Assembly: GCF_019464535.1 (NCBI RefSeq)
Contig: NZ_CP080507.1
Location: 780,001 to 812,000, forward strand
Source: Horticoccus luteus
Lineage (GTDB): Bacteria; Verrucomicrobiota; Verrucomicrobiia; Opitutales; Opitutaceae
Direction: 5' to 3'
Length of the DNA stretch: 32,000 nucleotides
The notes under the pieces are model-generated. The model worked only from the letters and a program-made list of their open reading frames with translations, was not told the DNA's origin and did not search any database. Positions 15,937 through 25,021 of the stretch are shown here, one piece after another (the stretch's first letter is position 1; each line of letters starts with the position of its first letter). A program made the position numbers and the translations under genes.

Positions 15937-16455
15937 TTAGCTCGCGGGGACGAGCGTGACGCTTTCGATTTCGACGCGGTCGACGGGCGTGCTTTTCTCG
16001 CCGCCGCCGCCGGAGGAAGTGGGCATGGTGGCGATGCGTTCGAGGACGTCGTCGCCAGCGACGAGTTCGCCGAAGGCGGTGTATTGGCGGTCGAGGAATT
16101 TGGCGTCGCCGTGGCAGATGAAGAACTGGCTGCCGGCGGAATCGGGGCTGGCGGAGCGAGCCATCGAGATGACGCCGCGCACGTGCGATTTCGCGTTGAA
16201 CTCGGCCTTGATCTGGTAGCCGGGGCCGCCGGTGCCGGGCATGCCGCGCTCGCCCTTGCGGGTGTTGGGGCAGCCGCCCTGGATCATGAAACCCTTGATG
16301 ATGCGATGGAACGCGGTGCCGTTGTAAAAGCCTTCGCGCGCGAGCTTCTTGAAGTTCTCAACGGTCTTCGGCGCGACGTCGGGCCAGAAGGCAATGGTCA
16401 TGTCGCCGTAGCTGGTTTTGATGACGGCGTTTTCTTTGGATGCAGTGTTGCTCAT
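15937..16455 (-). CDS. peptidyl-prolyl cis-trans isomerase, cyclophilin type
   Basis: I trimmed the start to the ATG at 16455 (MSNTASKENAVIKTSYGDMTIAFWPDVAPKTVENF). FHRIIKGFMIQGG and SAGSQFFI are cyclophilin signatures. Confidence 0.9.
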   Translation of the reverse strand: MSNTASKENAVIKTSYGDMTIAFWPDVAPKTVENFKKLAREGFYNGTAFHRIIKGFMIQGGCPNTRKGERGMPGTGGPGYQIKAEFNAKSHVRGVISMARSASPDSAGSQFFICHGDAKFLDRQYTAFGELVAGDDVLERIATMPTSSGGGGEKSTPVDRVEIESVTLVPAS

Positions 16456-16547
16456 GAAAGGAAGGAGGAAGGTTGCGGGAAGGGAGACGGGCAAGCTAAT
16501 CCCGGGTGAGGGCGCTGCAAATCAACGGGTGAAAAAGCGGGCGCGAT

Positions 16548-17108
16548 TCAGGTGGCGTAGGCTGCGTCGATGCGTTCGCAGAGGTGGTGGATGAGGAAGA
16601 GGTGGGCTTCCTGGCAGGCGGCGCCGCTTTCGCTGGGCATGATGAGTTCGCAGGTGGCGAGGCCCTTGGCTTTGCCGCCGCCGCGGCCGAGAAACGCGAT
16701 CGTATCGAGGCCGAGTTTTTTTGCTTCAGCGAGTGCGGCAAGGATGTTGGCGGAGTTGCCGCTCGAGGTGAGCACGACGACGAGGTCGCCGGGGCGGGCG
16801 AGGCCGGCGATCTGGCGGGCGAAGACGTCGTCGTAGCCGTAATCGTTGCCGATGCAGGAGAGGAGCGAGCCGTCGCTATTGAGGGCGATGGCAGGGAGGG
16901 CGCGGCGGTTTTTCTGGTAACGGCCGACGAGTTCGGTGGAGAAGTGCTGGGCTTCGGCCGCGCTGCCGCCGTTGCCGCAGATGAGGAGTTTGCCGCCGCG
17001 GGCGAGGGTCGCGAGGACGAGGTCGCCAGCGCGGTCGATGGCGGGGCGGAGCGAGGAGAGGGCTTGAAACGTGCGGAGGGTTTCGGCGAGGGAGGCTTCG
17101 AAGGTCAT
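16548..17108 (-). CDS. gmhA: D-sedoheptulose-7-phosphate isomerase (SIS domain)
   Basis: I trimmed the start to the ATG at 17108 (186 aa). KLLICGNGGSAAEAQHFSTELVGRY and LVVVLTSSGNSANI match GmhA. Confidence 0.85.
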   Translation of the reverse strand: MTFEASLAETLRTFQALSSLRPAIDRAGDLVLATLARGGKLLICGNGGSAAEAQHFSTELVGRYQKNRRALPAIALNSDGSLLSCIGNDYGYDDVFARQIAGLARPGDLVVVLTSSGNSANILAALAEAKKLGLDTIAFLGRGGGKAKGLATCELIMPSESGAACQEAHLFLIHHLCERIDAAYAT

Positions 17109-17284
17109 GGGAGAGCGGAGAGTTGCGAGTGGAGAGTAGAGAGGAGCAAGGAGAGGTGGGTGGGTGACGTCGGAGAGTAGGTAGCGGGTGGCGAAGAATG
17201 AGTAAAGGGCGTGCGAGAGAAAGGGGGAGGGAAACGGGGCGATTCGGACTTTCCGCGGCGGAGGTTTTCGGCCTTGGTGGCGGG

Positions 17285-18373
17285 ATGCGTTTGCGCTCAC
17301 TGACGTTGCGGGATTTTCGCAACATCCCGCTGGCGCGGCTGGAATTCACCGGCCGCCAGCAGTTTTTTCTGGGCGCCAATGGACAGGGGAAGACGAATCT
17401 GCTCGAGGCGGCGGGTTTTCTGACGGCGTTGCGGTCGTTTCGCGCGGCGGACAACCGGGTGCTCATCCGGCACGGTCAGGCGGCGGCGGCGATCGTGTGC
17501 GAGCTGGAACACGAGCGGCGGGGCGACACGAAGATCACAGTGAAGATTGCGCCGACGGGGAAGGAGTTGTGGTGCGATCAGGAGCGCGTGGCGCGGCTCG
17601 CGGATTACGTGGGGCAGTTTCCAACGGTGGTGTTTTCGTCGCAGGATTTGCAACTGGTGCGCGGCACGCCGACGGGACGGCGGCGGTGGCTCGACCTGAC
17701 GCTCGCGGCGATGGACGGGGCGTATTTGCGGGCGTTGCAAAACTACACGCGGGCGGTGGCGGAGCGGAATGCGTTGCTCAAACGCGGGGGCAGCGAGGCG
17801 GAGTTGTCGGCCTTCGAGCAGACGATCGCGCCGGCGGCGGCAGATCTCGTGCAACGGCGCACGGAAGGCGTGGCGGCGCTGGCGGCGGAAGTGGCGGCGG
17901 CGTATTCGCGCGTGGCGGACGGCGCGGAGCCGGCGACGATCGGTTACGAGCCGAACAGTGCGGAGGCGACGGCGGCGGGTTGGTTGGAGCGGCTGGCGAA
18001 GGGGCGGGCGCGGGACCGGCAGTTTCGGTCGACGTTGAGCGGGCCGCATCGCGATGAGGTGGCGTTGAGCGTGCAGGGGCGCGCGGCGCGGGAATTTGCG
18101 TCGGAGGGGCAGCAGCGCTCGCTCGTGCTGGCGTTGCGACTGGCGCAGGCGGCGTGGTTTCACGCGCGCAGCGGGGTGCGGCCGGTGTTGCTGGCGGACG
18201 ATGTGTTGGGGGAATTGGATCCGGCGCGGCGGCGGCGATTCTGGTCGGCGGTGGATGGCGAGGCGCAGGTGCTCGCGACGGGCACGAGTTTGCCGGCGGC
18301 GGACTTGGGAGCGTGGGAAGTGTTTGCGGTGAAGGACGGGGAATTCGGTGAGGACCTGGGAGCGGGCGCATGA
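17285..18373 (+). CDS. recF: DNA replication and repair protein RecF
   Basis: I trimmed the start to the ATG at 17285 ([14 protein letters not shown]). Walker A is [13 protein letters not shown]. The signature [15 protein letters not shown] and Walker [12 protein letters not shown] are also present. Confidence 0.9.
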   Translation: MRLRSLTLRDFRNIPLARLEFTGRQQFFLGANGQGKTNLLEAAGFLTALRSFRAADNRVLIRHGQAAAAIVCELEHERRGDTKITVKIAPTGKELWCDQERVARLADYVGQFPTVVFSSQDLQLVRGTPTGRRRWLDLTLAAMDGAYLRALQNYTRAVAERNALLKRGGSEAELSAFEQTIAPAAADLVQRRTEGVAALAAEVAAAYSRVADGAEPATIGYEPNSAEATAAGWLERLAKGRARDRQFRSTLSGPHRDEVALSVQGRAAREFASEGQQRSLVLALRLAQAAWFHARSGVRPVLLADDVLGELDPARRRRFWSAVDGEAQVLATGTSLPAADLGAWEVFAVKDGEFGEDLGAGA

Positions 18374-19122
18374 ACTTCGATGCGTGGCAGTGGGCGCTGG
18401 CGGTGTTCGGCGCGCTGTTGATCGGGCTGTCGAAAACGGGCATCGGCGGGCTGGGGATGTTGTTCGTGGCGATTTTCGCGGGGTTGATGCCGGCGAAGGA
18501 ATCGAGCGGGTTCGTGCTGCCGATGCTGGTGGCGGCGGACGTGGTCGCGGTGGCGGCTTATCGGCGTCACGCGCAGTGGCGTTTCCTGTGGCGGTTGTTT
18601 CCGTGGACGGCGCTGGGCGTGGTGGTGGGGTATTTGGCGATGGCGCGGATCGACGACCGCACGGCGAAACTGCTGGTGGGCGTGATCGTGTGCGCGATGG
18701 TGGCGTTGCATATTTTCCGGCGGTGGCGCGCGAAAGAGCAGACGGAGGCGGAGCATGGGTGGTGGTTCGCGCCGATGGTCGGCGTGCTGGCGGGTTTCAC
18801 GACGTTGATCGCGAATGCGGCGGGGCCGTTGATGGCGATTTACCTGCTGGCGATGCGGCTGCCGAAGATGGAATACATGGGCACGGGCGCGGTGTATTTT
18901 CTGCTGATGAACGCGTTCAAGGTGCCGTTTATGGTGAACCTGGGATTGATCAACGGCGCGAGCGTGGCGGGGAATTTATGGCTGCTGCCGGCGGTGATGG
19001 CGGGGGCCGTGGCGGGGCGGGCGGTGTTGCACCGCATCAATCAGAGGTGGTTCGAAAATCTCGCGCTCGCCCTCGCGGTGGCGGCGGGGCTAAACCTGTT
19101 GCGACAATCATGGCACGGATGA
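18370..19122 (+). CDS. TSUP (TauE/SafE) family anion permease
   Basis: Polytopic membrane protein beginning [22 protein letters not shown], with a repeated 4-TM half typical of TauE/SafE. Its ATG overlaps the recF stop (ATGA at 18370-18373). Confidence 0.8.
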   Translation: MNFDAWQWALAVFGALLIGLSKTGIGGLGMLFVAIFAGLMPAKESSGFVLPMLVAADVVAVAAYRRHAQWRFLWRLFPWTALGVVVGYLAMARIDDRTAKLLVGVIVCAMVALHIFRRWRAKEQTEAEHGWWFAPMVGVLAGFTTLIANAAGPLMAIYLLAMRLPKMEYMGTGAVYFLLMNAFKVPFMVNLGLINGASVAGNLWLLPAVMAGAVAGRAVLHRINQRWFENLALALAVAAGLNLLRQSWHG

Positions 19123-19730
19123 ACGCGCGGCAAATGTGGGCGGCGAAACTGGCGGGCGGGGCGTTGCCGCCGCCGGTGGCGGTGCCGGTCGTGGGCGCAC
19201 GGGGCGGCGCGGGAGCGTGGGCCGAGGGAGGGAAACGCGTGGCGTTTACGGGGCTGGTGCTGGGCGTGGATCCGAGTCTGCGCGGGACGGGCGTGGCGGT
19301 GATCGAGTTTACGCCGGGGCGCACGCCGGTGATGTTGCGCTGCGCGACGGTGCGGGTGCCGCCGCGGGAATCGATGGCGTTTGCGCTGGGGCAGATCCAC
19401 CGCGCGATCGCGGAGATGTTAAACGATTTCGCGGTGCGGCACGTGGCGCTGGAGCAGACGATCTACGTGCAGAATTTCCAGACGGCGCAGATTCTGGGCG
19501 CGGCGCGGGGCGCGGCGATTTCGGCGGCGGCGATGCGGGAGAAGCCGGTGTTCGAGTATCCGCCGTTGCGGGTGAAGCAGGCGATCGTGGGCGCGGGGCG
19601 CGCGAGCAAGGAGCAGATGGCGCGCACGGTGATGGCGCTGCTCGGGCATGGTCGCGCGCTGGCTTACGACGAAGCGGACGCGGCGGGCGTGGCGCTGTGT
19701 CACGCGTTTACGTGGCGGGGAGAAGTTTGA
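19119..19730 (+). CDS. ruvC: crossover junction endodeoxyribonuclease RuvC
   Basis: [18 protein letters not shown] (catalytic Asp), [11 protein letters not shown] (Glu), and [14 protein letters not shown]. The ATG at 19119 overlaps the permease stop (ATGA). An alternative GTG at 19239 would give a canonical-length N-terminus. Confidence 0.85.
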   Translation: MNARQMWAAKLAGGALPPPVAVPVVGARGGAGAWAEGGKRVAFTGLVLGVDPSLRGTGVAVIEFTPGRTPVMLRCATVRVPPRESMAFALGQIHRAIAEMLNDFAVRHVALEQTIYVQNFQTAQILGAARGAAISAAAMREKPVFEYPPLRVKQAIVGAGRASKEQMARTVMALLGHGRALAYDEADAAGVALCHAFTWRGEV

Positions 19731-19771
19731 CGCGTGGGCAACGGTCGCCTGATTTTTCGCGACGAAAGAAT

Positions 19772-19789
19772 CTTCCGCGTTAGCGGAAG
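19772..19789 (-). terminator. hairpin at the rlmF 3' end, between convergent genes
   Basis: cttccgc-gtta-gcggaag forms a 7-bp perfect stem. The rlmF stop codon (TAA, 19780-19782) lies in the loop. On the minus strand a moderately T-rich ATTCTTTCG follows. Confidence 0.3.
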
Positions 19790-20718
19790 CGCCAGGCGAC
19801 GAGGCGGCTTTTTTTCTGGCCTTGCGCCATGGGGATGACGCGGGCGTCGGCGGCCTTCACGTCGGCGAGGAGGCGTGCGATCGCGGGAAGATTCTCGGCC
19901 CGGGAGACGAGCGTGGTGAACCAGCCGCACAGGTGCGGATGAGCGGCGCTCTGCAGGATGAGGCGGCGGATGAACGCGGGCTCTCCACCGTCGCACCAGA
20001 GCTCATGGGGACGTCCGCCGAAGTTGAGGGCGGGAGCGGTGCGGCGCGCGGTGCCGTGCAGGTGGCGGAGTTTGCGTGTGGTGCCGGCGGCGGCTTCGGC
20101 GGCGGAGGCGTGAAAGGGCGGATTGCAGAGCGACACGGCGAACGTTTCGCCGGGCGCGACGACGCCCGCGAAAAGTTGTGCGGAAGAGCGTTGGAGGCGG
20201 AGCTCAATGGCGCCGTGGAGCGCGGGATTCGCGGCGACGATGCGGCGCGCGGAGGCGAGCGCGGCGGGATCGATCTCGGTGCCGACAAAGTGCCAGCCGT
20301 AGTCGCAGACGCCGAGGAGCGGATAGATGCAGTTGGCGCCGACGCCGAGATCGAGCACGCGGACGGAGGAGCCGCGGGGAATCGCGTTGGCATGATCGGT
20401 GGCGAGCAAGTCGGCGACGTGATGGAGATAATCGGCGCGGCCGGGCACGGGTGGGCACAGGTAGCCGGGCGGGATTTCCCAATGGGCGATGCCGTAGTGG
20501 TGGCGGAGCAAGGCGCGGTTGAGCGCGACGACGGCGGTGGGATCGGCGAAATCGATCGTGGCGGTGCCGACGGGACTGGGACGCACAAACGGCGCGAGGT
20601 CGGGGCAGGTGCGGAGGAGCGCGGCGAAATCGTAGCCGGCGGCGTGGCGGTTGCGCGGATGCAGACCGGGTTTGGCGGAGGAGAGAGAGGAGGACGAACT
20701 CACGCGGAGGGGAATCAA
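19780..20718 (-). CDS. rlmF: 23S rRNA (adenine1618-N6)-methyltransferase
   Basis: AKPGLHPRNRHAAGYDFAAL matches the RlmF/YbiN N-terminus. VLDLGVGANCIYPLLG is the SAM-binding segment, and LCNPPFH is the NPPF catalytic motif. Confidence 0.85.
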   Translation of the reverse strand: MIPLRVSSSSSLSSAKPGLHPRNRHAAGYDFAALLRTCPDLAPFVRPSPVGTATIDFADPTAVVALNRALLRHHYGIAHWEIPPGYLCPPVPGRADYLHHVADLLATDHANAIPRGSSVRVLDLGVGANCIYPLLGVCDYGWHFVGTEIDPAALASARRIVAANPALHGAIELRLQRSSAQLFAGVVAPGETFAVSLCNPPFHASAAEAAAGTTRKLRHLHGTARRTAPALNFGGRPHELWCDGGEPAFIRRLILQSAAHPHLCGWFTTLVSRAENLPAIARLLADVKAADARVIPMAQGQKKSRLVAWRFR

Positions 20719-20948
20719 AGCGCAGAGACGTAAGGTTGCACGTCAATGCGAACGAGGGGGCGGCGTCAGGAAACGAAAGACGCGAAGCACTCGGGTCGGT
20801 TCGTGAAGCGCGGGGCTCGAACGAAATGCGCGGGTGCGGCAGGAAAGGTGGGGTCGGACGCGATGCCGATGACGGAAGGAGTTGAAGGCGTCGGAAGAGA
20901 AATGGCCGGGGCTCTCGACGAGCGGCGTTTTTCAAGGGAGGGTCAGGC

Positions 20949-22478
20949 ATGGCTGAAACGGCGGACGAATCGAGGGGCGTTGAGCAGATGAATGCGCGGA
21001 CGAAGGCCACGCCCGTTGACGCGGGCGGATGGCGCTTGGAGCACAGTTATGCGCAGTTGCCGGCGTTGTTTCATCGGGCGGTGGCGCCGACGCCGGTGGA
21101 GGCACCGCGGCTAGTCGTCTTTAATCGGCGGCTGGCGGACGCACTGGGGCTGGGCGCGGGCGCGTTGGAGACGGAGGCGGGCGCAGCGATTTTTGCGGGC
21201 AACGTTTTGCCGCCGGGCGCGCGACCGCTCGCGCAGGCTTACGCGGGGCATCAATACGGGCATTTCACGACGCTGGGTGACGGGCGGGCGATTTTGCTCG
21301 GCGAACAGCTGACGCCGGAGGGGGCGCGGTTCGATGTGCAGTTGAAAGGCGCGGGGCCGACGCCGTTTTCACGGCGCGGCGACGGGCGCGCGGCGCTGGG
21401 CCCGATGTTGCGCGAATATATCATCAGCGAGGCGATGCAGGCACTGGGCATCCCGACGACGCGCAGTCTGGCGGTCGCGGCGACTGGAGAAACGGTGTGG
21501 CGCGAGACGGCGGAACCGGGGGCGGTGTTGACGCGCGTGGCGGCGAGTCACGTGCGCGTGGGGACGTTTCAGTGGGCGGCGGCGCAGGGCGGGGTGGAGG
21601 CGTTGCGCGTGCTCGTGGGCTACACGGTGCGGCGGCATTATCCGGAGCTCGGCGCGGCGGAAAACCCGGCGGGCGCTTTGCTGGAAGCGGTGATCGCGCG
21701 GCAGGCGGCGTTGATCGCGCAGTGGATGCAAGTGGGCTTCGTCCATGGCGTGATGAATACGGACAACATGGCGGTGTCGGGGGAGACGATCGACTACGGG
21801 CCGTGCGCGTTTCTCGAGCGTTACGATCCGGCGGCGGTGTTCAGTTCGATCGACCGGCACGGACGCTATGCCTACGGGAACCAGCCGGCGATTGCGCAAT
21901 GGAATCTGGCGCGGTTCGCCGAGGCGTTGCTGCCATTGCTCGATGCGAAGGAGGAGCTCGCGGTCGAGCGCGCGACGGCATCGCTGGCAGCGTTTGGGCC
22001 GCAGTTTCGCGCGCATTCACTGGCGGGGATGCGGCGGAAGCTGGGGCTGGGCAACGAGGAGACTGACGACGCGGCGCTGGTGGAGGACTTGCTCGCTTGG
22101 ATGCACGCGGCGAAGGCGGATTTTACGAATACGTTCGCGGGGCTGACGGTGGAACGAGCGAGCGCGGGCAACGACGAGGCAGGGGAAAGCGACGGGGCGT
22201 TCCGGACGTGGCACGAGCGCTGGGTGGCGCGGTTGGGGCGGCAGACGTTGACGCGCGAGGCCGCGGGCGCGTTGCGGCGGGCGAGCAATCCGGCCTTCAT
22301 CCCGCGCAATCATCTGGTGGAAGCGGCGCTTGGTGCGGCGGTGGCCGGCGATGTGGGTCCGATGGAAAGGCTGCTCGACGTGCTCGCCAGGCCGTATGAT
22401 CACGAGCGCGCGGCGCCGGAATTTCGGGCGCCGGCGGCGGATGGTGGGGTGGGTTATCGGACGTTTTGCGGGACGTGA
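20949..22478 (+). CDS. selO: protein adenylyltransferase SelO (YdiU)
   Basis: AQAYAGHQYGHFTTLGDGRAILLGE, LKGAGPTPFSRRGDGRAALGPMLREYIISEAM and FVHGVMNTDNMAVSGETIDYGPCAF are SelO pseudokinase-fold hallmarks. The start may instead be the ATG at 20988. Confidence 0.9.
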   Translation: MAETADESRGVEQMNARTKATPVDAGGWRLEHSYAQLPALFHRAVAPTPVEAPRLVVFNRRLADALGLGAGALETEAGAAIFAGNVLPPGARPLAQAYAGHQYGHFTTLGDGRAILLGEQLTPEGARFDVQLKGAGPTPFSRRGDGRAALGPMLREYIISEAMQALGIPTTRSLAVAATGETVWRETAEPGAVLTRVAASHVRVGTFQWAAAQGGVEALRVLVGYTVRRHYPELGAAENPAGALLEAVIARQAALIAQWMQVGFVHGVMNTDNMAVSGETIDYGPCAFLERYDPAAVFSSIDRHGRYAYGNQPAIAQWNLARFAEALLPLLDAKEELAVERATASLAAFGPQFRAHSLAGMRRKLGLGNEETDDAALVEDLLAWMHAAKADFTNTFAGLTVERASAGNDEAGESDGAFRTWHERWVARLGRQTLTREAAGALRRASNPAFIPRNHLVEAALGAAVAGDVGPMERLLDVLARPYDHERAAPEFRAPAADGGVGYRTFCGT

Positions 22479-22519
22479 GGATGAGGTGCGGGAGCGAAAG
22501 GGAGCGGCGAGGTGGGTTT

Positions 22520-22550
22520 GATGCGGGGTGAGGGCACCCCGCCCACAGCT
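22520..22550 (+). repeat. REP-like hairpin repeat, copy 1
   Basis: gatGCGGGGTGagggCACCCCGCccacagct has a perfect 8-bp stem (22523-22530 pairing with 22535-22542) and a 4-nt loop. Confidence 0.7.
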
Positions 22551-22576
22551 GCGAAAGTGGAGGCGGGTGCAAGCCG

Positions 22577-22600
22577 CCGGGTGAGGGCACGCCGCCCACA
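22577..22600 (+). repeat. REP-like repeat, copy 2 (degenerate)
   Basis: ccgggtgagggcacgccgcccaca differs from the copy 1 core at 2 positions, and both changes disrupt the stem. Confidence 0.55.
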
Positions 22601-22646
22601 AAGCGGATGGGGCGCCGTGGGGTTGGCAGCGGTGGCGGAAGGGGCT

Positions 22647-22677
22647 GATGCGGGGTGCGGGCACCCCGCCCACAGCT
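22647..22677 (+). repeat. REP-like hairpin repeat, copy 3
   Basis: gatGCGGGGTGcgggCACCCCGCccacagct is identical to copy 1 except for one loop base. Confidence 0.7.
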
Positions 22678-22691
22678 CGCCGAGGCGAGGC

Positions 22692-23138
22692 TCAGTTGGG
22701 GATGTCGGGCTCGACGAGGGCGGCAAGTTGGGTGAGCGATTCCTGCCAGCCGAGATAACACATCTCGACGGGAATCGCCGGGGGAATGCCGGCTTGCTCG
22801 ATGGAGAGTTCCGTGCCGCAGATGACTTTTTTGAGCGCGATCGTGACCGTCATCTCGCCGGGCAAATTCGGGTCGTCGAATTTGTCGGTGTAGCGGATGC
22901 GTTCATGCGGGACGAGTTCGCGGTAGGTGCCGCCAAAGGAGTGGCCATGACCGGTGCCGAAATTCTTAAACGACATGCGGAAGGTGCCGCTGACCTTTGG
23001 TTCGAAATGGTGAACCGTGCAGGTGAAACCGTGCGGCGGGAGCCACTTGGCCATGGCATCGGCCTCGATAAAGGCGCGGTAGAGTTTTTCGGGAGTGGTG
23101 CGCAGAACGCGATGGAGGCGGACGGTGTTCGTGGACAT
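22692..23138 (-). CDS. SRPBCC-superfamily protein (AHSA1/Aha1-like domain)
   Basis: 148 aa. HRVLRTTPEKLYRAFIEADAMAKWLPPHGFTCTVHHFEPKVSGTFRMSF...GTYRELVPHERIRYTDKF is the typical pattern of bacterial AHSA1-domain SRPBCC proteins. Confidence 0.78.
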   Translation of the reverse strand: MSTNTVRLHRVLRTTPEKLYRAFIEADAMAKWLPPHGFTCTVHHFEPKVSGTFRMSFKNFGTGHGHSFGGTYRELVPHERIRYTDKFDDPNLPGEMTVTIALKKVICGTELSIEQAGIPPAIPVEMCYLGWQESLTQLAALVEPDIPN

Positions 23139-23251
23139 GGGTGGGTTGGGTTGAGGGAAATGGATTGGAGTGGTGGGTGGTGACCAATCAACGAACGAGA
23201 AAGGGCGGAGCGGACAAGAAGATGGTTATTGCGGGCGGAGGTAACTCGGAA

Positions 23252-23276
23252 GCGGGGTGAGGGCACCCCGCCTACA
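23252..23276 (+). repeat. REP-like hairpin repeat, copy 4
   Basis: GCGGGGTGagggCACCCCGCctaca has the same perfect hairpin as copy 1. It lies just 3' of the stop of gene 23304-24014. Confidence 0.65.
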
Positions 23277-23303
23277 ATTGGAGAGAAGGGGCGGTGCGGT
23301 GGT

Positions 23304-24014
23304 TTAGCTGATCAGAAGCAGGCGCGGGGGATCGACGGGTGCGGTGGCGGGGGCGCGGTGGATGCAGGGCGGCACGGGGCTGCCGGGATACTCGACGGCG
23401 ATGCGCCAGAGCGCGCCGACGCCGAACGAATACGGCTGCGCGCCGGGAAGCGTGTCGTAGTGGAGATCGTAGCACTGGTCGGCAAGATAAGTGCGGAAGT
23501 CGGCGTCGTCGGCGCCGCCGAATTCGGCGAGAAGAGCGGCGCGCGTGGCGGGGACGTCGACGCAGCGGAGCGCGTCTTCGTTGCGCAGGCCTTCAGAAGG
23601 GGCGCCGAAATAGGTGCAGAGCCACGTGTCGGTCGGCACGGTGGCGCTGTCGGCGTGGAACGAGTAAACGTCGATCGGCACGGCGCTGCCGGAATCGTCG
23701 CGGGGATACGCGGCGATGCAATCGAGGTTGGGCGAGAGGCCGAGGGCGCGGAGGCGTTGTTGGTCGGCGAGGAGAAAGTCGGCCGCGGCGCGGGCGGAAA
23801 CGTCGAGGGAGAGTGAGGGGAGGCGCGCGGCGTCGAGGGGGATGATGTTCGCCACAGGGCCGAGAGCGGCGACGAGCGCGGCGAAATCGCCGGTGAGCGG
23901 GCGGCTCCAGCAGAGGGCGTTGACGCCGTCGGCAAACGGCGTGGCGGCGAGTTCGTCGAACGTGGAAACGATTTTCACGCGCGGATGCCCGGGCGGGAGT
24001 GGAGACCGAAACAT
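23304..24014 (-). CDS. conserved hypothetical protein (possibly DUF1826-like; unverified recollection)
   Basis: 236-aa ORF with normal amino-acid composition, unlike the Arg/Pro-rich overlapping frames. It starts 8 nt after the DTW gene stop on the same strand. I see no motif I can assign firmly. Confidence 0.6.
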   Translation of the reverse strand: MFRSPLPPGHPRVKIVSTFDELAATPFADGVNALCWSRPLTGDFAALVAALGPVANIIPLDAARLPSLSLDVSARAAADFLLADQQRLRALGLSPNLDCIAAYPRDDSGSAVPIDVYSFHADSATVPTDTWLCTYFGAPSEGLRNEDALRCVDVPATRAALLAEFGGADDADFRTYLADQCYDLHYDTLPGAQPYSFGVGALWRIAVEYPGSPVPPCIHRAPATAPVDPPRLLLIS

Positions 24015-24021
24015 GGACGGA

Positions 24022-24771
24022 TCAGGTGGGCGGATGGGCGGGCGGCGGCGTGGTGGTGGGCGGGCCGAAGATGCGGCGGCGTTTGGCGCCGGGCTTCGGC
24101 GGGGGCGGCGTGCAGCGGGGGGACTTTTTGCGTGGCGCGTGGCGCTGGCGGCCGAGGCGGGCGGACTCGGCGGCGAAGGCGAGTTGCACGTCTTGCATGC
24201 GTTGAAAGAGCCCGAGGAGTTGATCGGGCATCGCGTAGTGATCGAGGCCGGAGCGATCGAGGGCGAGGAGGAGTTCGTGCGTGGCTTCGAGGGTGGAGAG
24301 ACAGGCGGCCTCGGGTTGGTGTTTGATCACGTAGCGGCTGGGTGCGGCGGCGGAAAACATGATGCGCGGCAGGCGGCGCAGGCTGGGGCTGTCGCGCCAG
24401 ATGTGGCGGACGAGGTGCCAGGTGGCGTCGAGGAGGAAGACGACAAGGCGGCGTCCGCCGGTGTCGGCCGGGGTGAATTCGCCTTTGGAGAGATCGCGGG
24501 CGTCGCGGGTGGGATAGAGAAGAACGGGGAAGTTGGCGGGGTCGTTGATGAGCGCCTGCACGGCGGGGTGGTCGTCGAACGCGGTGCCGGAGTAGAGTTC
24601 GCTGTCGGCGAGGCAAAGGTGGGTGAGGCGGCCGGTGGCGGCTTTGGCGCGTTTGAATTCCTCGGGGTGGAGGAGAAAAACGAATTTGGTGCGCGAGGGC
24701 ATGGGCGTGATCGAGCCGCACCAGCAGAGCGGTTGCGGCCAGAAACAGCGGTAGCACATCGGGCGACTCAT
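24022..24771 (-). CDS. DTW-domain tRNA-uridine aminocarboxypropyltransferase (TapT/YfiP family)
   Basis: I trimmed the start to the ATG at 24771 (MSRPMCYRCFWPQPLCWC, a Cys cluster). The DTW motif is present as VVFLLDATWHL, followed by YVIKHQPEAACLSTLEA. The C-terminal tail is Pro/Lys/Arg-rich. The ORF-track N-terminal extension to 25212 looks noncoding. Confidence 0.8.
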   Translation of the reverse strand: MSRPMCYRCFWPQPLCWCGSITPMPSRTKFVFLLHPEEFKRAKAATGRLTHLCLADSELYSGTAFDDHPAVQALINDPANFPVLLYPTRDARDLSKGEFTPADTGGRRLVVFLLDATWHLVRHIWRDSPSLRRLPRIMFSAAAPSRYVIKHQPEAACLSTLEATHELLLALDRSGLDHYAMPDQLLGLFQRMQDVQLAFAAESARLGRQRHAPRKKSPRCTPPPPKPGAKRRRIFGPPTTTPPPAHPPT

Positions 24772-25021
24772 GAAGGCGGAGGACGATTGCGGGCGCGGGC
24801 CCAGAACGGAAGTTTTTCCTGCGCGGAGGGGAGAGACGAAGCGCGCGGCGACGGAGACGTTGGGGCAGGCGGACGGTGCGCGGGTGGCATCCGGCCGGAC
24901 GGGCATGAAAGAACGGATGACGGGGCGGAGGCTGGCGTGGGAATGGGGAAAGTTTTGCGGCTGAAACAAACCTATCGCCAAGCAGCAGGGGACTGCTTTT
25001 CGTGGCGGGCTCTCTCGTTCG

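Noticed and set aside
20719-20948. Possible tRNA or small RNA in the 230-bp rlmF/selO divergent region (contains ggttcg and ggctcgaac strings)
   Set aside because: I could not build a cloverleaf: there is no acceptor-stem complementarity and no proper T-loop context. It is most likely just a divergent promoter region.
22520-22677. Possible mini-CRISPR array formed by the three intergenic repeats
   Set aside because: There are only three copies, one of them degenerate, with irregular periods of about 53 and 74 bp. A fourth copy lies beyond a gene, and no cas genes are present. The pattern fits REP-like elements better.
24980-25005. Small hairpin plus T-run (aagcag-cagggga-ctgctt-ttcg) just upstream of parC
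   Set aside because: The stem is short (6 bp) and AT-containing, and it lies in a divergent promoter/5' UTR region. I cannot distinguish it from chance, and no leader peptide or riboswitch-like conservation is visible.
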